Origin: Marsupella aquatica
Lineage: Eukaryota > Plantae > Marchantiophyta
Length of the DNA stretch: 64,000 nucleotides
Direction of reading: 5' to 3'
Assembly: GCA_973895155.1 (NCBI GenBank)
Contig: OZ316894.1
Span: forward strand, 16,298,699-16,362,698
A program made the position numbers and the translations under genes. Each line of letters opens with the position of its first letter. Position 1 is the first letter of the stretch. Below the pieces are notes generated by a model, which worked only from the letters and a program-made list of their open reading frames with translations, ran no database searches and was not told the origin of the DNA. Positions 23,291 to 36,600 of this stretch are shown piece after piece.

Positions 23291-26200
23291 AAGTGTTGCT
23301 TTTGTGGAGATGTCGTGTGTTCACGTCCTCTGATAAGCACCTTCGATCAGCAAGGTGAGCAGGAGCTGTACTTGCCTCACCAACAGCAACCAACCTTAAA
23401 TTATCAGTTCCCACTCACTGTGTCATTCCATTGGTTCCAGCTAGGGGTCACAGTGTAAACATAGCATGAAACACTCCTAATCAACTTGCTTACAAACTAT
23501 AATATCCAGAAAGAGTGAAAGTCTCACCCTCCAGTGAGCAGCAGAGAGGTAGTTCAGTAGATGTGTTGATGTGCAGTTAAACCTCCACTATTGCTTACTT
23601 CTGGTGTATGCTGCTCAGAAGAAGACATATTAGTAGCAGCAAATTGCAAATAATGGCCATAAGCAAACCGTGAGAGTTTGCAGAATGCTACGACAAATCC
23701 ATCACAGCAGTGCTCCACAGGAATGAAACCAAGCAAAATTTGGTGACCTCGGCCAATGACAAGGCCAATGTAGTGAACAATCCTTGACCGATCAGGATAT
23801 GGATTGGAATTACAATTAGTCAGCTCTTCTTCTTTGTTTTCTAACTCTGGGGGAAATGAGCATGACCAGGGAATTCTCTGAGAAATAGAAGAATCGCTAA
23901 GTACAGTATTCTTAAGAGTAGTTTTGTTCTAATTCTGAAATCTACACATAGGACATTTATCATCTAAACTGAAGATCCATTTGACAACTCCATGATAGCC
24001 TATTCCGCATTGTGTCCGCCCCATGCAAGCAAGGGGTATTCATCCGAGCTTAGTCTAACCATGAATGATTGTTCTGGAAGCAATTGCGACAATGTTTTGG
24101 TTTTTTTCTCCTATCCAACTCAATAGCTCACAAACATGGCATTGGACCCATTAACAAATTATACTTGCCATCATTCTCAACTGTATTACATGGCCCACAC
24201 TGCTGACATCCCTGACTCTTAAGGGAAACTCATCTCCTGGGCCAACAACATCTCAGATTCTACAAAAATGAGAAACTGTGAAAACTTCTTGATCTCCTAT
24301 CCTGTGATTGTAGCATGTATGATTTGCTGGGACTGCAGGCAGTTCTGGACCTTGCTGCGCTTTATATACAACAACAACCTGAGCTCCATGAATTTGTTTT
24401 TAATAGACGTGCGTTTGACCACGGCTACAACTCCAAAACAATCACCAAATCAAATCATAACAAAACCCACTCGAAAGCTGAACACTAGAACATTGGGAAC
24501 ACACTCAAACAGGTTCTGCAAGGATGGCTCTATGTCGGATCGGCTAGAGAATCAGGCAGGCTTCCTATTATGGTCTGCTCAGAGCCTTCCACTCTGGATT
24601 AGACTCTGAATCCAAATGCGAGTCTACGCTTTCCGTTGCTGGTCACAACGACGGGCAATCAGGATGATGCCATGCCGAGTAGAAGAACAAGAAAGCATTC
24701 CATAAAAGGCACTGAGATGAACCGTATAGTAAAAGTGGTAGTACTTCCGGTAGCACGACCGACCCGCTATGTGACAGTCCGAAGAAAAGCTAAAAGGCTG
24801 AAAGGCGATAGATTTTGTGCTCAATGTGACAGGTTTTTTGAAATGATCAAGCCAAGGTGCAAAGGAAAACTGATTGAAGGTGACATGGGAAAGTTGTCAA
24901 TGCAAGAGAAACTCTTGCCTTAGAGTAACCGTGTAACCAGGTAACAATGCAGGAGAAACTCTTGCCTTAGAGTGCTCGACGCTCCTTCAGCTGGATAGGG
25001 GCAGCTCCAACTACACGGTCTAGTCCAATCACCGCCTGCTTTGTTACAAGAAGGTGGACTAAGCCACAGCTGACGTCAATCACACTGTAAAAAATGGACA
25101 GATGAGCCATGTCACGAAAGCATATATAGTCATTCCTCAATATTAAATGAGACTATGAGAGGGCATATATAAGTTCACGACTAGGAAAGAGTCTCACCTT
25201 GTAGCACGGAGATTCTCAAAGCGCACCAAGATGAGTCATTGTAGCAGGTGAATGTTGGGCGGTGTCATGTAAGGCGCAAATCAATAGCTCGCTACCTCCT
25301 GTCTCCCCGTCTGTCTCCCGTGCACTTCTGCCTCCCCGTCCGGCTTCCCGTCTGTCTCCCACGTACTTAAATTGAAGTTTTAACAAAAACTGTCAACACC
25401 AAGTGCAGCAAATGCCAACATATTCACACGGCAGAGCATAAAAGTAGTCACAGTTCATGAATCAGTTCCCTATCGAATCATGGGCACTACGCTGAGCACT
25501 GCGCAAGAGACTAGGATAGACACTGCAAACATGGGGACTTTTGTTTGGCAAGAAATCTGGACATCAAACCTTCAGCAATGGCAATAGGAAGCATTACATC
25601 AAACGAGAGGACATCAAATGAGCAGTCCGGTTATAGGCAAACGGCGACTAACATAGCGGAGGGAAAAAATGCGCATTGACATAGCGGACATGCGCACATT
25701 GACATAGCGGAGGGGAGAAAAACTACAAAGCCAACTAACCTTTTTAAGGCCCACAATTTCAAGGGGAGGGACAAAGAGAGCAAGCACTCCAATCTCTTCA
25801 ATCCCTTCTGCAAGTAGCCGCCAAAATCTACTTCTTGGGGTCCAGCCCACGGATGGAGATCATGCAAGGTGGTCAATCACAGTAAGTGCAATCGTTGCAA
25901 TCCACAAACAAGCTGCAAATGAAGACACGCAGGAGGGAAAGTCCGCAACACCAACAACATTACCCTTTGTAAAACCCCGAGCTTATCTTCTAGTTGCCAA
26001 CGCTCAAACAAAACCTGCTCGGACACTACCAAAACCCTAATTCCATAAGCTCTCACCTTTGCGACACAACTCCTGCACTATATTCAGCTGGCGTTGGCCC
26101 ACTCTAAGCTCCCAAGCTTCACTTTAGTCCGCGCCGCGACTAAAGTTTCACTGCCTCTGTGAGCTTCGCAGTCCACCTTACAGATCGAACAAAGCAATCA

Positions 26201-27361
26201 CCTCCCTTCACATCTGCACTAATCACCTTTCGCAAAGAGTTGCAATCACCTTCCGCAATACCAGGAAGCTTGCTCCCTCTCGTTCAATGCCTTCTGCAGC
26301 ATGAGCGATCACCTCTGCCGAAGCAACTTCAATCGAACACACAGCAACGGGGCGGGCAGCGACAACATTGACAGTGAACGATGGACTCTACTCAAACAAC
26401 CTCAAAGCTGTCACAAAAGAACAAGGAAACATTGAGGCAGAAAACAAAGTCCCTAGCGCCAGGCAACCAAAGTATCGGGAAACCAAAGGATCGGGACCAA
26501 AGGAAGGGATGACATGCCATTCCAACAACGGGAAGGGGGAACGGGACGCGGGAACGGGCAATTTTTTGATGGTGGGGATGGATGCCAACGATCCAATGGT
26601 CCCTAAACCCCCATCCCCTTAACATGCAACCCCCGACCCTTCACATCAAACCCCCCCTTAACCCCCTTTAGTGAAAACCCAGCCACCCCCTAGCCTTGAC
26701 ATATAAACCCCCTAATGTGCTTAGGACAACTCGACTGTGGCCACACTATGTTTGCAATGCCAGGGTCATCCATTTAGAGCGCCGCTTGCAAGCTTTGGCT
26801 CTCAAGATCCTCCCAAGGCAGCAAACAAGTTAGGGTTCACGGTCCATGTTCCTTTACCCTAAACCGTTGCGTCACTATTTCAATCGAGTGTTCTTCGGCT
26901 GGACGTGCCCCTTTACTGACCCACACCCCCTTGAGACCGGTACAAATCTACCTTTGTGCATCTCGGCCTTTTATAGATGGATTTAGTAATGGCCAAGAAT
27001 ATGTTGACCATCCCTCTGTAGTCCACCCTCCATGAACCTCACTTCATTAAACCCAAAATCTTTTTGGTCACAAAATAAGGCCATTTAATGAGTTATGCCC
27101 CTTGCTATCACCCTCTTTATAGAATTACCCCTCCTCAGCATAAGTGGTCATTACCCATGATGTGCTAGACTATTCATCCTTCACAAAGTAGCAAGGTTAC
27201 TTTTCATAGTCTTTTAGTGAACCATAAAACACTAATAGTCTTTTGTAGTCTTCAACAAAACCGGTGCAATGGGTATGAGTTGTTTTAAGTATGGAAAAAG
27301 GACTTAGTGGGCTTAGTCCTATAAGGTATGGTCTAAATTGCCCCGGTTTCTACTAGTGCCA

Positions 27362-27871
27362 AGACATGCTTATGGCCCAAATAGCGTAACTTGTCACAAA
27401 GCTTGTTCCAACACGCCGGGACCAAAATAGTACGGTCCCGACTCTAGACCAACTCCCAGTTCTCACCCCACTGATGGCCTAGGGGCCAAGCGCACTTGGA
27501 AATCAGCCTCCATGCCTCCTTGGCCTTGTCTCCCCAGTGCAAGTTCCCTTGGGAGACTGAACGCGGCTTGGCTGCTCTTTTGGCATGATTTGGCAAGCGC
27601 ACGCAAACCCTAAGAACCCATGGCACCCCTAGACCCGGTTGAGCTCAAGCAAATGTAGTCCTCCTTGAGAGATTTCCAATGCACCCAATAAGTCCTCCAA
27701 TGGACTTCTCATTGGGAAGTTATTGTCGTTTCCATTTGGCAATTTCTCTAGCCGCGAACGCCGTGGCTCACGACTTTGGCTCGCCCTTAGCCCCTAAGGA
27801 TACACCTCTCCCCTCATATATGTTTCTAGAGACCTGCCACCCCCAGACCTACTTTGGTCCCCAAATTTTGG
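27362..27871 (-). repeat. Inverted repeat arm B, right part
   Basis: Reverse complement of 8632-9150; the ORF track shows the same peptide (MDF.L.SYCRF.LA..PLPSYM.LE.CHPQTYFGPQIL) on opposite strands. Confidence 0.8.
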
Positions 27872-30156
27872 CCCCTCACTTGGACCCCAACCCGCATGTC
27901 TCGGTGCACCACCAACTGGCTATGCCCATAACTTTCTAGTTAGGCATCCGCAAGCGGAGTACCTTACCATCATGATCGGGCCAACCCAGTGCTCATGCCT
28001 AGGTCTTGAGAACCCATCATCGCCCAGGAGCCCCGATCGAGCAACCCTGGGTCGGGCCGTAACTCATGCCCCAAGCGTCCGTTGCACACGGAGTAAACTC
28101 CATTTGCCTTGAGCCCAAGAGGAGCTCTCACTCAAGCCCTTAGAACTCAAAGTCCTTTGGGGGCCTGAACGGTCGACCTTGAGTCCGGTCCTTTCCCAGG
28201 ACCCCACTAGACTTCAGCTAGTTTAAGTCCTTAGTGTGTGTCACCAGCTTAGCGCCTTGCCTTCGTAAGTGCCACGCCCCATTGCCCACAAGTCTCCCCA
28301 AGCTAAGCCCTCCTTGGATGGCCGTTCCGGGCTTGGACCATAGGGGAGCTTGGTGTCGGAGTGAGCAACGCTTGGAGCTAAGTGTTAAGGTAGTCGAGTT
28401 CCACGACTCGAAGACACCAAGCAGTCACCAAAATTTATGATGTGTGCAAAATTATTGTCTAGTGTTCTTGGGAAACAATTGGGATTCATTTTGTATGCAA
28501 ATTTATGGCAGGCAATGATTGTATTCGGACTAAACTGCATCCATGTTCACTTTAACTTTTTAAGCCTTGCCCTGAAGGGTATAATTCCATTGATAACTCA
28601 AAGTGTATATGGAATAAAAGTGTTGTGCTCAAAATAAGTTTTCAAGGCCATTAATCTGGCAGGGAATTCCTACTTTTACCCTAAAAATTTTGGATTGCTG
28701 CAAAGCCATTCATTAACATCCCGATTAACATTGTGTTTCCTAGATATTATTTACTACTCAACATCAATATACGTGGACAATTCAGGACGGGAATGCCTGC
28801 ATCTGTTCACTTGCCTAGTTTTACATTATTGTACAAAATCAATCTTCGTATTCCCCTGGACTAATCACATATTGAACATGTTTAGCTCAACTTTTTTGAA
28901 ACGATACTTCACTCACTCTGCTGTGGATGATGGGAAGGAAAGGAAGGAAGGGGAGTGCAAGTTGTAAAGAGAGATGCGCAATTATGACTTGGCAATCCCT
29001 ATCATTCTGTGATTGGTCGTAATTACTCTATATTAGAGATTGTTGTCTGCTAACAGAGGTTCTGATCAATCTTTCTGAATTTGAATTCGTGTAATCCATC
29101 ATGTTTCTTGAATGGAGAGTCTTTCAGAATGTTTTAATGCAACTTGTATCCTAGGTAAGAGAAACGCTATCCATAGAAATCCATGAAATTTGACAACAAC
29201 GCAGGGAGAAAGCACTTCCAGGAAAACATGCATTCACAGTGTTTGACATTCTTTGGAGGGGAACATCAGAGCAATCACATTTTTACAGCCCGAACTGCCC
29301 GATACTTTAAACCGGGCAGGTTTACCGGCCTGGTATCCAGTGTCGGGTGGAGAAAAGGTCCGGGGGAACTACTGGACCGACGGCCCAGCCCGCATCATCC
29401 CTGAAAATATCCCCAATACAGGCCCGCAAATGGAGTGACCAGTGGGGATGCTCTAATAACATTAGTTTGTGAGACCAAGTCAGTCAAAGCTAGCTTAGGA
29501 AACAAAAGTGTGAGTAAAGGAAAGGGGGGTTGGCATTATTTTGAGGTCCTTTTCCAGACTCCTGGAAGAGATAGCCCCTCGTGTATGAAATTAATTTAAA
29601 GATTATTTTCATTTAAGGATAGAAATAGCACAATGTAATTAAAGGTGGGGAAATTGAAAAATAACATAGAGCTAAAGGTGGGTCAGACAAACATTAATAA
29701 CATTAAAAATAATTTCAGAATCCAATAATACAAATTTTTTGTGTTTGCCATCAATGTAATAATGAACCAAAATGGCCCATAGATTATAGTTGAGACCCTC
29801 TAAGAGCATCTCCATCGGGACCCGCAAACAGCCCCGCAACCCCCATTTGTTGCAAATAGCGGCTGTTTATCCCAACGAACCCTCCCACCGCCACCCCGCA
29901 ACCCCTATTCAGGTTGCGGGCTTTGCTAGAAATGCTCACCCCAACCACTACATTTGGTAGCGTTGGCGGTCGGGGGCCGAGATCTCCATTTTGACCGCGA
30001 TCCAAATTGACGACTCTACGGGTTGCATGCGTCGCCATCCGACACTGGGTGGGAGAGAGTTCCCGCTTGACCATTTTTGTGCGGTGGACTGGCAGGTGTT
30101 GTGCAAAACCATTGTTGCACCATCTTGGTGCCCATCTCCATCATCAGCACAGAATC

Positions 30157-31140
30157 ATGGCGAGCACTCGAAGCAAAAATTATATGGAAACTGAGTTGAA
30201 GCAACTATGTTACAGCATAGTGCATGATTTGCAAGATCCTGTCATTGGAACTGGATAGAGAGCTGAGAAATTTTGGGGCCAAGTAGCAGAGCATTACCAT
30301 AAGAACAATGGTCGGGAATTTGAGACCAAGGGGAAGAAATCACTTGAAGGCAAGTGGTCTGACATCAAGCACGATGTCCAGAAATTTATAGGAGCATACC
30401 AACAAGTTGATAGCAGACAGGCTTCAGGAACAAATGCTGAAGGCACCTTCAAATTTGCCAAGGAGCTGTACAAGGAGAATCATCCAAAGAAAAAGAATTT
30501 TAGTTTTGATTGTTGTTACTACACTCTGAAGGATTGCCCGAGGTTTATGAATCCAGAGATCGACATGCCAAAAGGGAAGAGCAGGAAATCTAACAGGAAT
30601 GCACCCTACAACAACATCCCCATTGCAAAGGTGGTTGAACTTTATTCAGACAATTCTTTGGAAAAAATGGGGATGACACTCCAATCAAGTTTCAAGGCAA
30701 AAAGGGCCAAGAGGAAATTGAGTTGCAAAGGATGAGCTCAAGAGAAGGAAGAGCCATGATGATGCATTGAAGATGTCAACATTGGCACAGAACGAAATGG
30801 CAACTTCCAATACTCTTGCATACCAGAACAACTCAACTTTGGCTATGCTTTCATTGCCTACAAAGGACATGAGTCCAGAAATGCTCAAGGTATGGGAGGA
30901 TTGGAAATTGGCCGAATCTATTAAATTGATTCAGAGGGTGTCACAGCAAAATGCGTCAGTGGCACGTAATGTTGGGCCAACCTCCATACCTGCCAACAAT
31001 GCAAGTGTGGAACCTCCAATTCAAGTGGAGACACCTCTGCCTGAATCACCAGCTCCAACTCCAGTGTCCACCAAGGATCCTTCAGATGATCTTGAAGCAT
31101 GGCTTGCACAGGAAGTAGATCCATTTACAGGTGCAGAAGG
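30157..31140 (+). pseudogene. Harbinger Myb/SANT-like DNA-binding protein (NAM-associated type), disrupted
   Basis: MASTRSKNY..TELKQLC.S......DPVIGTG*RAEKFWGQVAEHY...KSLEGKWSDIKHDVQKF...F.FDCCY..LKDCPRF; in-frame stop at 30256-30258 and later frameshift. Confidence 0.8.
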
Positions 31141-32323
31141 TGCAAACAATTTTGTAATTTGGATAATTTGGATTATTGAAATAAAAAACCTGTTGTTTGT
31201 AATTCAGTATTGTGCACGTTTCTTTCAATAGGTCATTTTGCATAGACAGTCCAATTCAATCAGGGTTGCACTATTCAATCCCATTCAATTGTGTAATGCA
31301 CATTCAAACACATTCAGACAACCATAAAGCCACAAACAGTACTTCACTTCGAATCAAAATTTCCATTGGCAAAAAGTGCCAGGCCAAGTAGTCCATGGCA
31401 TCATAGTTACAAGCTCACAGAATGAGCAAACTGTGATTGTTGTAATAAAACCCTAAAGCACACTACATTATGTCAAAGTTGGTTTGTACTTGAAAACTGA
31501 AACCAAGAACCAAAAAAAAAACGTGGAACTACGAGAGTTATGAACAAAAAAAACTAGGATATGCAATCCTAGTACCAATATTAGTCCCCAACCATCTCAT
31601 CATCCGACTCCTCTACAAGCGCAGCCTTCCCATCCTTCAGCTGAGTCTGCTCCAATGCAGCAGAGCGAGAGTTTGAAGAGTCCTCCTTTGAAGCCTTTGT
31701 GGTCACGTCCACACTAGCTAAGTTCTCCACCTGCTTCTCCATAGCCTTGCCTTTCGCCACCTCCCCCACAGCTTTGCTCTTCTTTGGCTCCTCCATGCTC
31801 TCTGCTGTGGGCATCAAGTCCATTCCTGGCCCTTAAAATCAACAGGGCCAGGTGCTTGAATTGCACCTCCATTCTCTCATCTTCAGGTCATACAACGTGA
31901 GCTCTTTGCTCTTCTCCTTCTCCATGACAGTCTGCTCCTTACCCTTTCTCAATTTCTTTGTGGGAGGCATGATGCAAAGACTAATTGACCTGTGGTCAGG
32001 GAGCGAATGCAACACTGAAGATTGAGAGCTTGGGCGAAGGAAGAAGGAAGTGTGAGCTTCAATTCCTGAGTCCTCACTGAAATTGTGAAAATGCGAAAGC
32101 CCTAAAAACGCAGAAGGGGTGCCCACGAAGAAAGAGCAAGCTCGAAGATAGGACCAGCCCAACCTCCAACGCCTCTGCCCTGCACGAACCGTGGGAAGCA
32201 TTTGTGAGAAGTGTGTACAATGATTCTACCAAGTGTGTGAGCAAAATTGCACAAAGTGTGCAAGCAAATTGTACAAAGTGCACAAAATAAGTGTGACATA
32301 GACTTAAATAACTGACCCGAATA

Positions 32324-33626
32324 TCAATTTCCATAGCCTGACCCCTTTGAATTCCATAAATGGTCCACAAGGTCATTTCTTAGCTTGAAATGGGACCGTT
32401 TGTCACGAATTTCCCTGGTAGCTTCTAACAATTGCGACCATGGCATCAAGCCTCTTCTCACTGGTGGTGGACAAATAACAAAGTATGGAGTGAAGTTCTC
32501 ATCTCTCTCATCCTCCAGAATCATGTTGTCCATTAAAATGTTTGTGAGGTTAGCCACAAACCAAGACCGTGCAGGTCTTTTTATAATTTCAAATTTGGCT
32601 TGCAAAACTCCAAAAGCCCTCTCCACATCTTTCCTAGCAGCTTCTTGGCATTTAGCAAAGTGCTTCAATTTTTTTGACTGTGGTACATGCACAGTTGAAA
32701 TAAACATAGACCACTCAGGGTATATACCATCAACCAACAAGTAGGCTTGATTGTATTGTACTCCATTGACTTGAAATGAGACCTTGCCAAACTCATTTGC
32801 CAACCACTCATTCAGACGTGGAGACCTATCTAGAACATTGATGTCATTGTTTCCTCCAGTTAGGCCAAAAAAAGCATGCCAAATTCAGAGCTCTTGATCA
32901 GCAAATGCCTCTAAAATGTGGAACTTTGCTTTGTCCTTGTCTTGGTATTGACCCTGCCAAGCCGCCACAGGGCAGTTTTTCCACTCCCAGTGCATGCAGT
33001 CCAAGGACCCAAACATCCCAAGAAACCCTCTTTGTTCATTTATTCCAAGATTTCTTTTCCAATCCTCCCCTGTTGGCTTTCTCAAATATATTGGTTCGTA
33101 CAATTGTCTGATAGCCCTCACAAACCTTTACAGAGACTCTAGTACTGTGGTTTCAGCAATCCTACAATATTCATCTATCGCATTTGCCCCTATACCATAT
33201 GCAAGTTATGTGAGAGTTGCAGTAATTTTCTGATGAGGAGAAAGATAAGGTTGTCTAGTTGCATCAAATTTTAATTGAAAATAATTGTCATGTGCACATA
33301 CTGCTGGGAGAATTTTATTGAATAACCTAGAACTCATACTGTACCTCCTTCTAAATTTTGAGCTCATCATATGTAGGATTCTCAGCAAAGTAGTCATTCC
33401 ATAGATTCTCCGCACCTTTGCCTCTCCTCCTGTCCACATTTGGAGCTTTGCCTGGCCTGGACCCTCCATGCTTTCTCTTTCTTGATGCTCCTTGTACAAT
33501 GGATTGGATTGACAATTCTCCACTGAACAAAATCTGTCCCCAGAAATTGTGCTCCTCTTCCCAGACTTGTTCATCTTCCTCTATCATCTTGAACAAATTG
33601 TCCCTCCATGTTTTTGTGGCAGCCAT
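32324..33626 (-). pseudogene. Harbinger DDE transposase (Plant_tran-like), frameshifted
   Basis: Fragments LWNDYF.ENPTY, FRRRY.MS..LF, LSPHQKITA, GMFGSLDCMHWEWKNCP, ILEA.AD, YLLVDGIYPEW, QEAARKDVERAFGVLQAKF, LRNDLVDHLW spread across frames. Confidence 0.9.
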
Positions 33627-36600
33627 GGCAACAAACAAGAGTGCAAGAACGCAACACATGCGAGGGGAGAAAAATCAATCACATCAAGAATCACTCTGTC
33701 TGTGAGAGGAATGCAATCCCGATGCAATGCAATCGTAACGTTTCCTGGTGTGATTTTGACTTGGTATGATGTTGCTTACAAAATGGGGCGCTTGCTTTTG
33801 GGGTCTGCAGGTGGGGATTGCCTTAAATGAACTTGGCCCCTAAACTCTTGGGGCCTGTAAACGGCCTGCCAAATTTTACCAATAGCGGCAGTGTTCTGCC
33901 AAACAGATGGAGATGCTCTAATGAAATAGCCTACCAGTAACCCATTGTGGTTGCCTTTTTGACCAAGCTTACTCGACTTGGTCAACTTGGAGTCAAAGTA
34001 GACCCCGGAAGTAGACGGACGCATGAACAGTTGGATATGCTCTTACTATATCTTGGTTCTGTGCGCTATTTGAAAGAGTTCTCAGAATCGTTGAAATTAT
34101 ACACGGTGGTGGAGGAGGGAATTGAGAGGTGACGAGAAACTGAGAAAGAGTAGGAGCGATAGAGTAGTGAATGTCAACCAGCCAGTCCTTTGGGTCTGAC
34201 CCGAGCACAGTAATGTTAGAGCTCAAATTTGTAATTGTTGTGCAGAGCGAGGCGCGCACATGGATGAGGTTTGGCTGGCTAGAAATGCAACCAGCTTGCA
34301 TGTACTGTACTCTACTACATCTTTTATGACCCTTTCGTCGGCATAGAAACCTCGAGATAAGACGCGTGTGGAGTAGTAATTTGCCGCCTGCCGCCAGACC
34401 CTTGGTAAAACGGGTTTCACCAATCCAGTCGAGAGGAGCAGTGCGAAAAGCAATCGAAAGTAGAAAGCCAGCTCCTCCTCAATAAAGATTCTCCAACTCG
34501 GAGTCTAAAATCCGAACCTTTCCTTGATTTCTACGTAGAACAATCCAAACCTTTCCTTGCTCCCCTTTATTAATAACAATCCAAAGACAGACATTCTACA
34601 TTCTTTGTGAGCAGCATCGTTCTGAGTTCTGACACTGGATCAAAAATGATCCCCTCTCATTCGCATTCTACTCGTGTAGTCTGCCGTGCTACCCGCTTGC
34701 CCAGTCCAAGGGACGCCCACAGCGCCCCACTGCCCGACTGCCTTTATTACGACCCATTCTTTTCTCTCCTTCAAACGGGCGGGTCCGCCATGGACAGTTG
34801 GGCTGCACTTTTGTCCACATTAAAAGCCTCATCTGACCGTCCACCTCGCCCAGAGCCAGAGCCCAGAGTGGCAGAGCAGCTCCACAGCCCTACCGTAGCT
34901 ACTGCAGTACTGTAGGCTACTACTACACGCCGTCGCCGTCTCCCGAAAGTCACGCCCTCAAAAGGTCCGGCCCAACCCAAAAAGACTCACAAAAGCACAA
35001 AAAGCGAAGTTAAAAAGTGCAAAAAGCACATTTCCTCTGTCCCCAGTTTCGGCACTTGTATGAACATCATCATCATCATTGATGAGTGATAAATAACCGT
35101 ACAAACTTTCTTAACAAGGTATATTTAGAGAACCTTCTGTAATCGTGGCAAATTCCGACAGGAATTTGGCAGGGTCGAACTTGACCAAAACGTGTTCCGC
35201 ACATAATTTTGGCCAAAGATTAAACCCCCACCGCCTCTTTCCTCTTTTTACGGTGGAAGGGAAGGCATCAAGGCACGGACAGAGGGGGAAACCCGACAAA
35301 AAGCAGGCAAAAAATAATAATAAAGCGTCCAGTGAGGGGTCGGGACGGGTCAGCGGACCGGCCGCCCAATATCGATCACCCAGCTGTGGGCGCCGTTTGT
35401 GCGCTATCTAGAATCACCGGTACGGTGACTTTTCGGGGAAGCATATACAGCACCGGGTGCTGTACCTTCGAGCTTTGTCTATACGATGACAGATTTCGAT
35501 TTGATGACTTCGTTCGTTCCCATGAAATCGTCATATAAGACTCATGAGTGTTATGGCAGGAAACAAACACCAGAAACGAGGAGTATGTTTTGTAGACCCC
35601 CACCCCAATTCCCCAAAGAACAATTGCTTGATAAACCCCCAAAATACATTTGTTAATTCATCTCCTTTGACGATTTTACAGATGGTTCTTGTGAAGGGCA
35701 CTAAAGGGGGACTGTATCACAGTGAATTTTAATTTTCTGTCATGTGAGCCCGTGGTCTCACCCGTGGTATGCAACTCCAGCGTGCGTTGCACACCTGGCT
35801 CCCCCCCTCCAAAGGCTTGGGATGGCTTTGATCATGATGGAAATTTTTCAAAAGGTGATGAATGTTTCCCAATTTAATTTTTCTGAGGGGTAGTTCCCTT
35901 TCCTTCCCTTTATTGGGGTTTTTGGCTTTCCTTTTTGGGCAGCATAAAAAATATGGTAGCTTTGGTTATGATGGAGAGTTTGTAAAAGTGATAAATGTTT
36001 TTGAAATTTTGTTGTTTGAGAAACCTTGGTTCCATGAGACCTCCACTTGCAAAGGAACACTACTTGTCCAGAGGTCAGAATGAGATCTCTGTGCACTTTG
36101 CCAAAATTTTGGGAAGAGAAGGCATTGGCAATGCATAGAAGGTTGTATTCTATACCTGGTACTAGCCCAATGCGGGGCCCAATGATAGTGCATTGCAGAG
36201 CTATCTGCCATCATGTTCATGCAAGAAGAGCGTTGTCATTGCAGTCATGCTATCTGTGCAAAGGTGTTTAGAGAACATTAATTCAGTGGGGTCACAAATG
36301 CACATAATGTTTTTTATTACGGACCCCCAAGAGGAGTCTCTAACTTACAAAATTCAAGACATATACTTAGTGTACCTTCAAACCAAACTTGTTCTCCTGA
36401 TGGATGGAAAGATGAAGATTCTCTCCCATTGGACCAAAAGTTTTAGATTCTCAATGTCCAACAATGTTCTTGTGAAAGGGTTTACCAATAGTTCAGGCTG
36501 ACTATGCAACACTGTGACTGGTCCTGTTTAGTAACATCAGAAGGTAAATTGTAGTCCGTGATCACGCCCTTGCACAGTGGAGCATCCAAGTGCCATAGGG

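Larger units (their letters stand above)
11136..27358 (-). mobile_element. Complete CACTA (En/Spm) DNA transposon, 16,223 bp, carrying accessory genes
   Basis: Left TIR CACTAGTAGAAACCGGGG (11136-11153); right TIR CCCCGGTTTCTACTAGTG (27341-27358); match extends to TTTAGACC. 3-bp TSD CCA at 11133-11135 and 27359-27361. Tnp2-type transposase and TnpA-like gene inside. Confidence 0.97.
29804..33918. mobile_element. PIF/Harbinger DNA transposon, full length (4,115 bp), decayed
   Basis: 13-bp perfect TIR GAGCATCTCCATC (29804-29816) / GATGGAGATGCTC (33906-33918); TAA TSD at 29801-29803 and 33919-33921; convergent Myb/SANT-like and DDE ORFs. Confidence 0.93.

Noticed and set aside
24636-24923. Small basic CxxC ORF in the CACTA cargo region
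   Set aside because: Opposite strand to the cassette, absent from copy 1, no recognisable family.
33947-36500. Short ORFs with vague LRR- or SWIM-like residues
   Set aside because: No coherent frame, splice structure or diagnostic motif could be supported.
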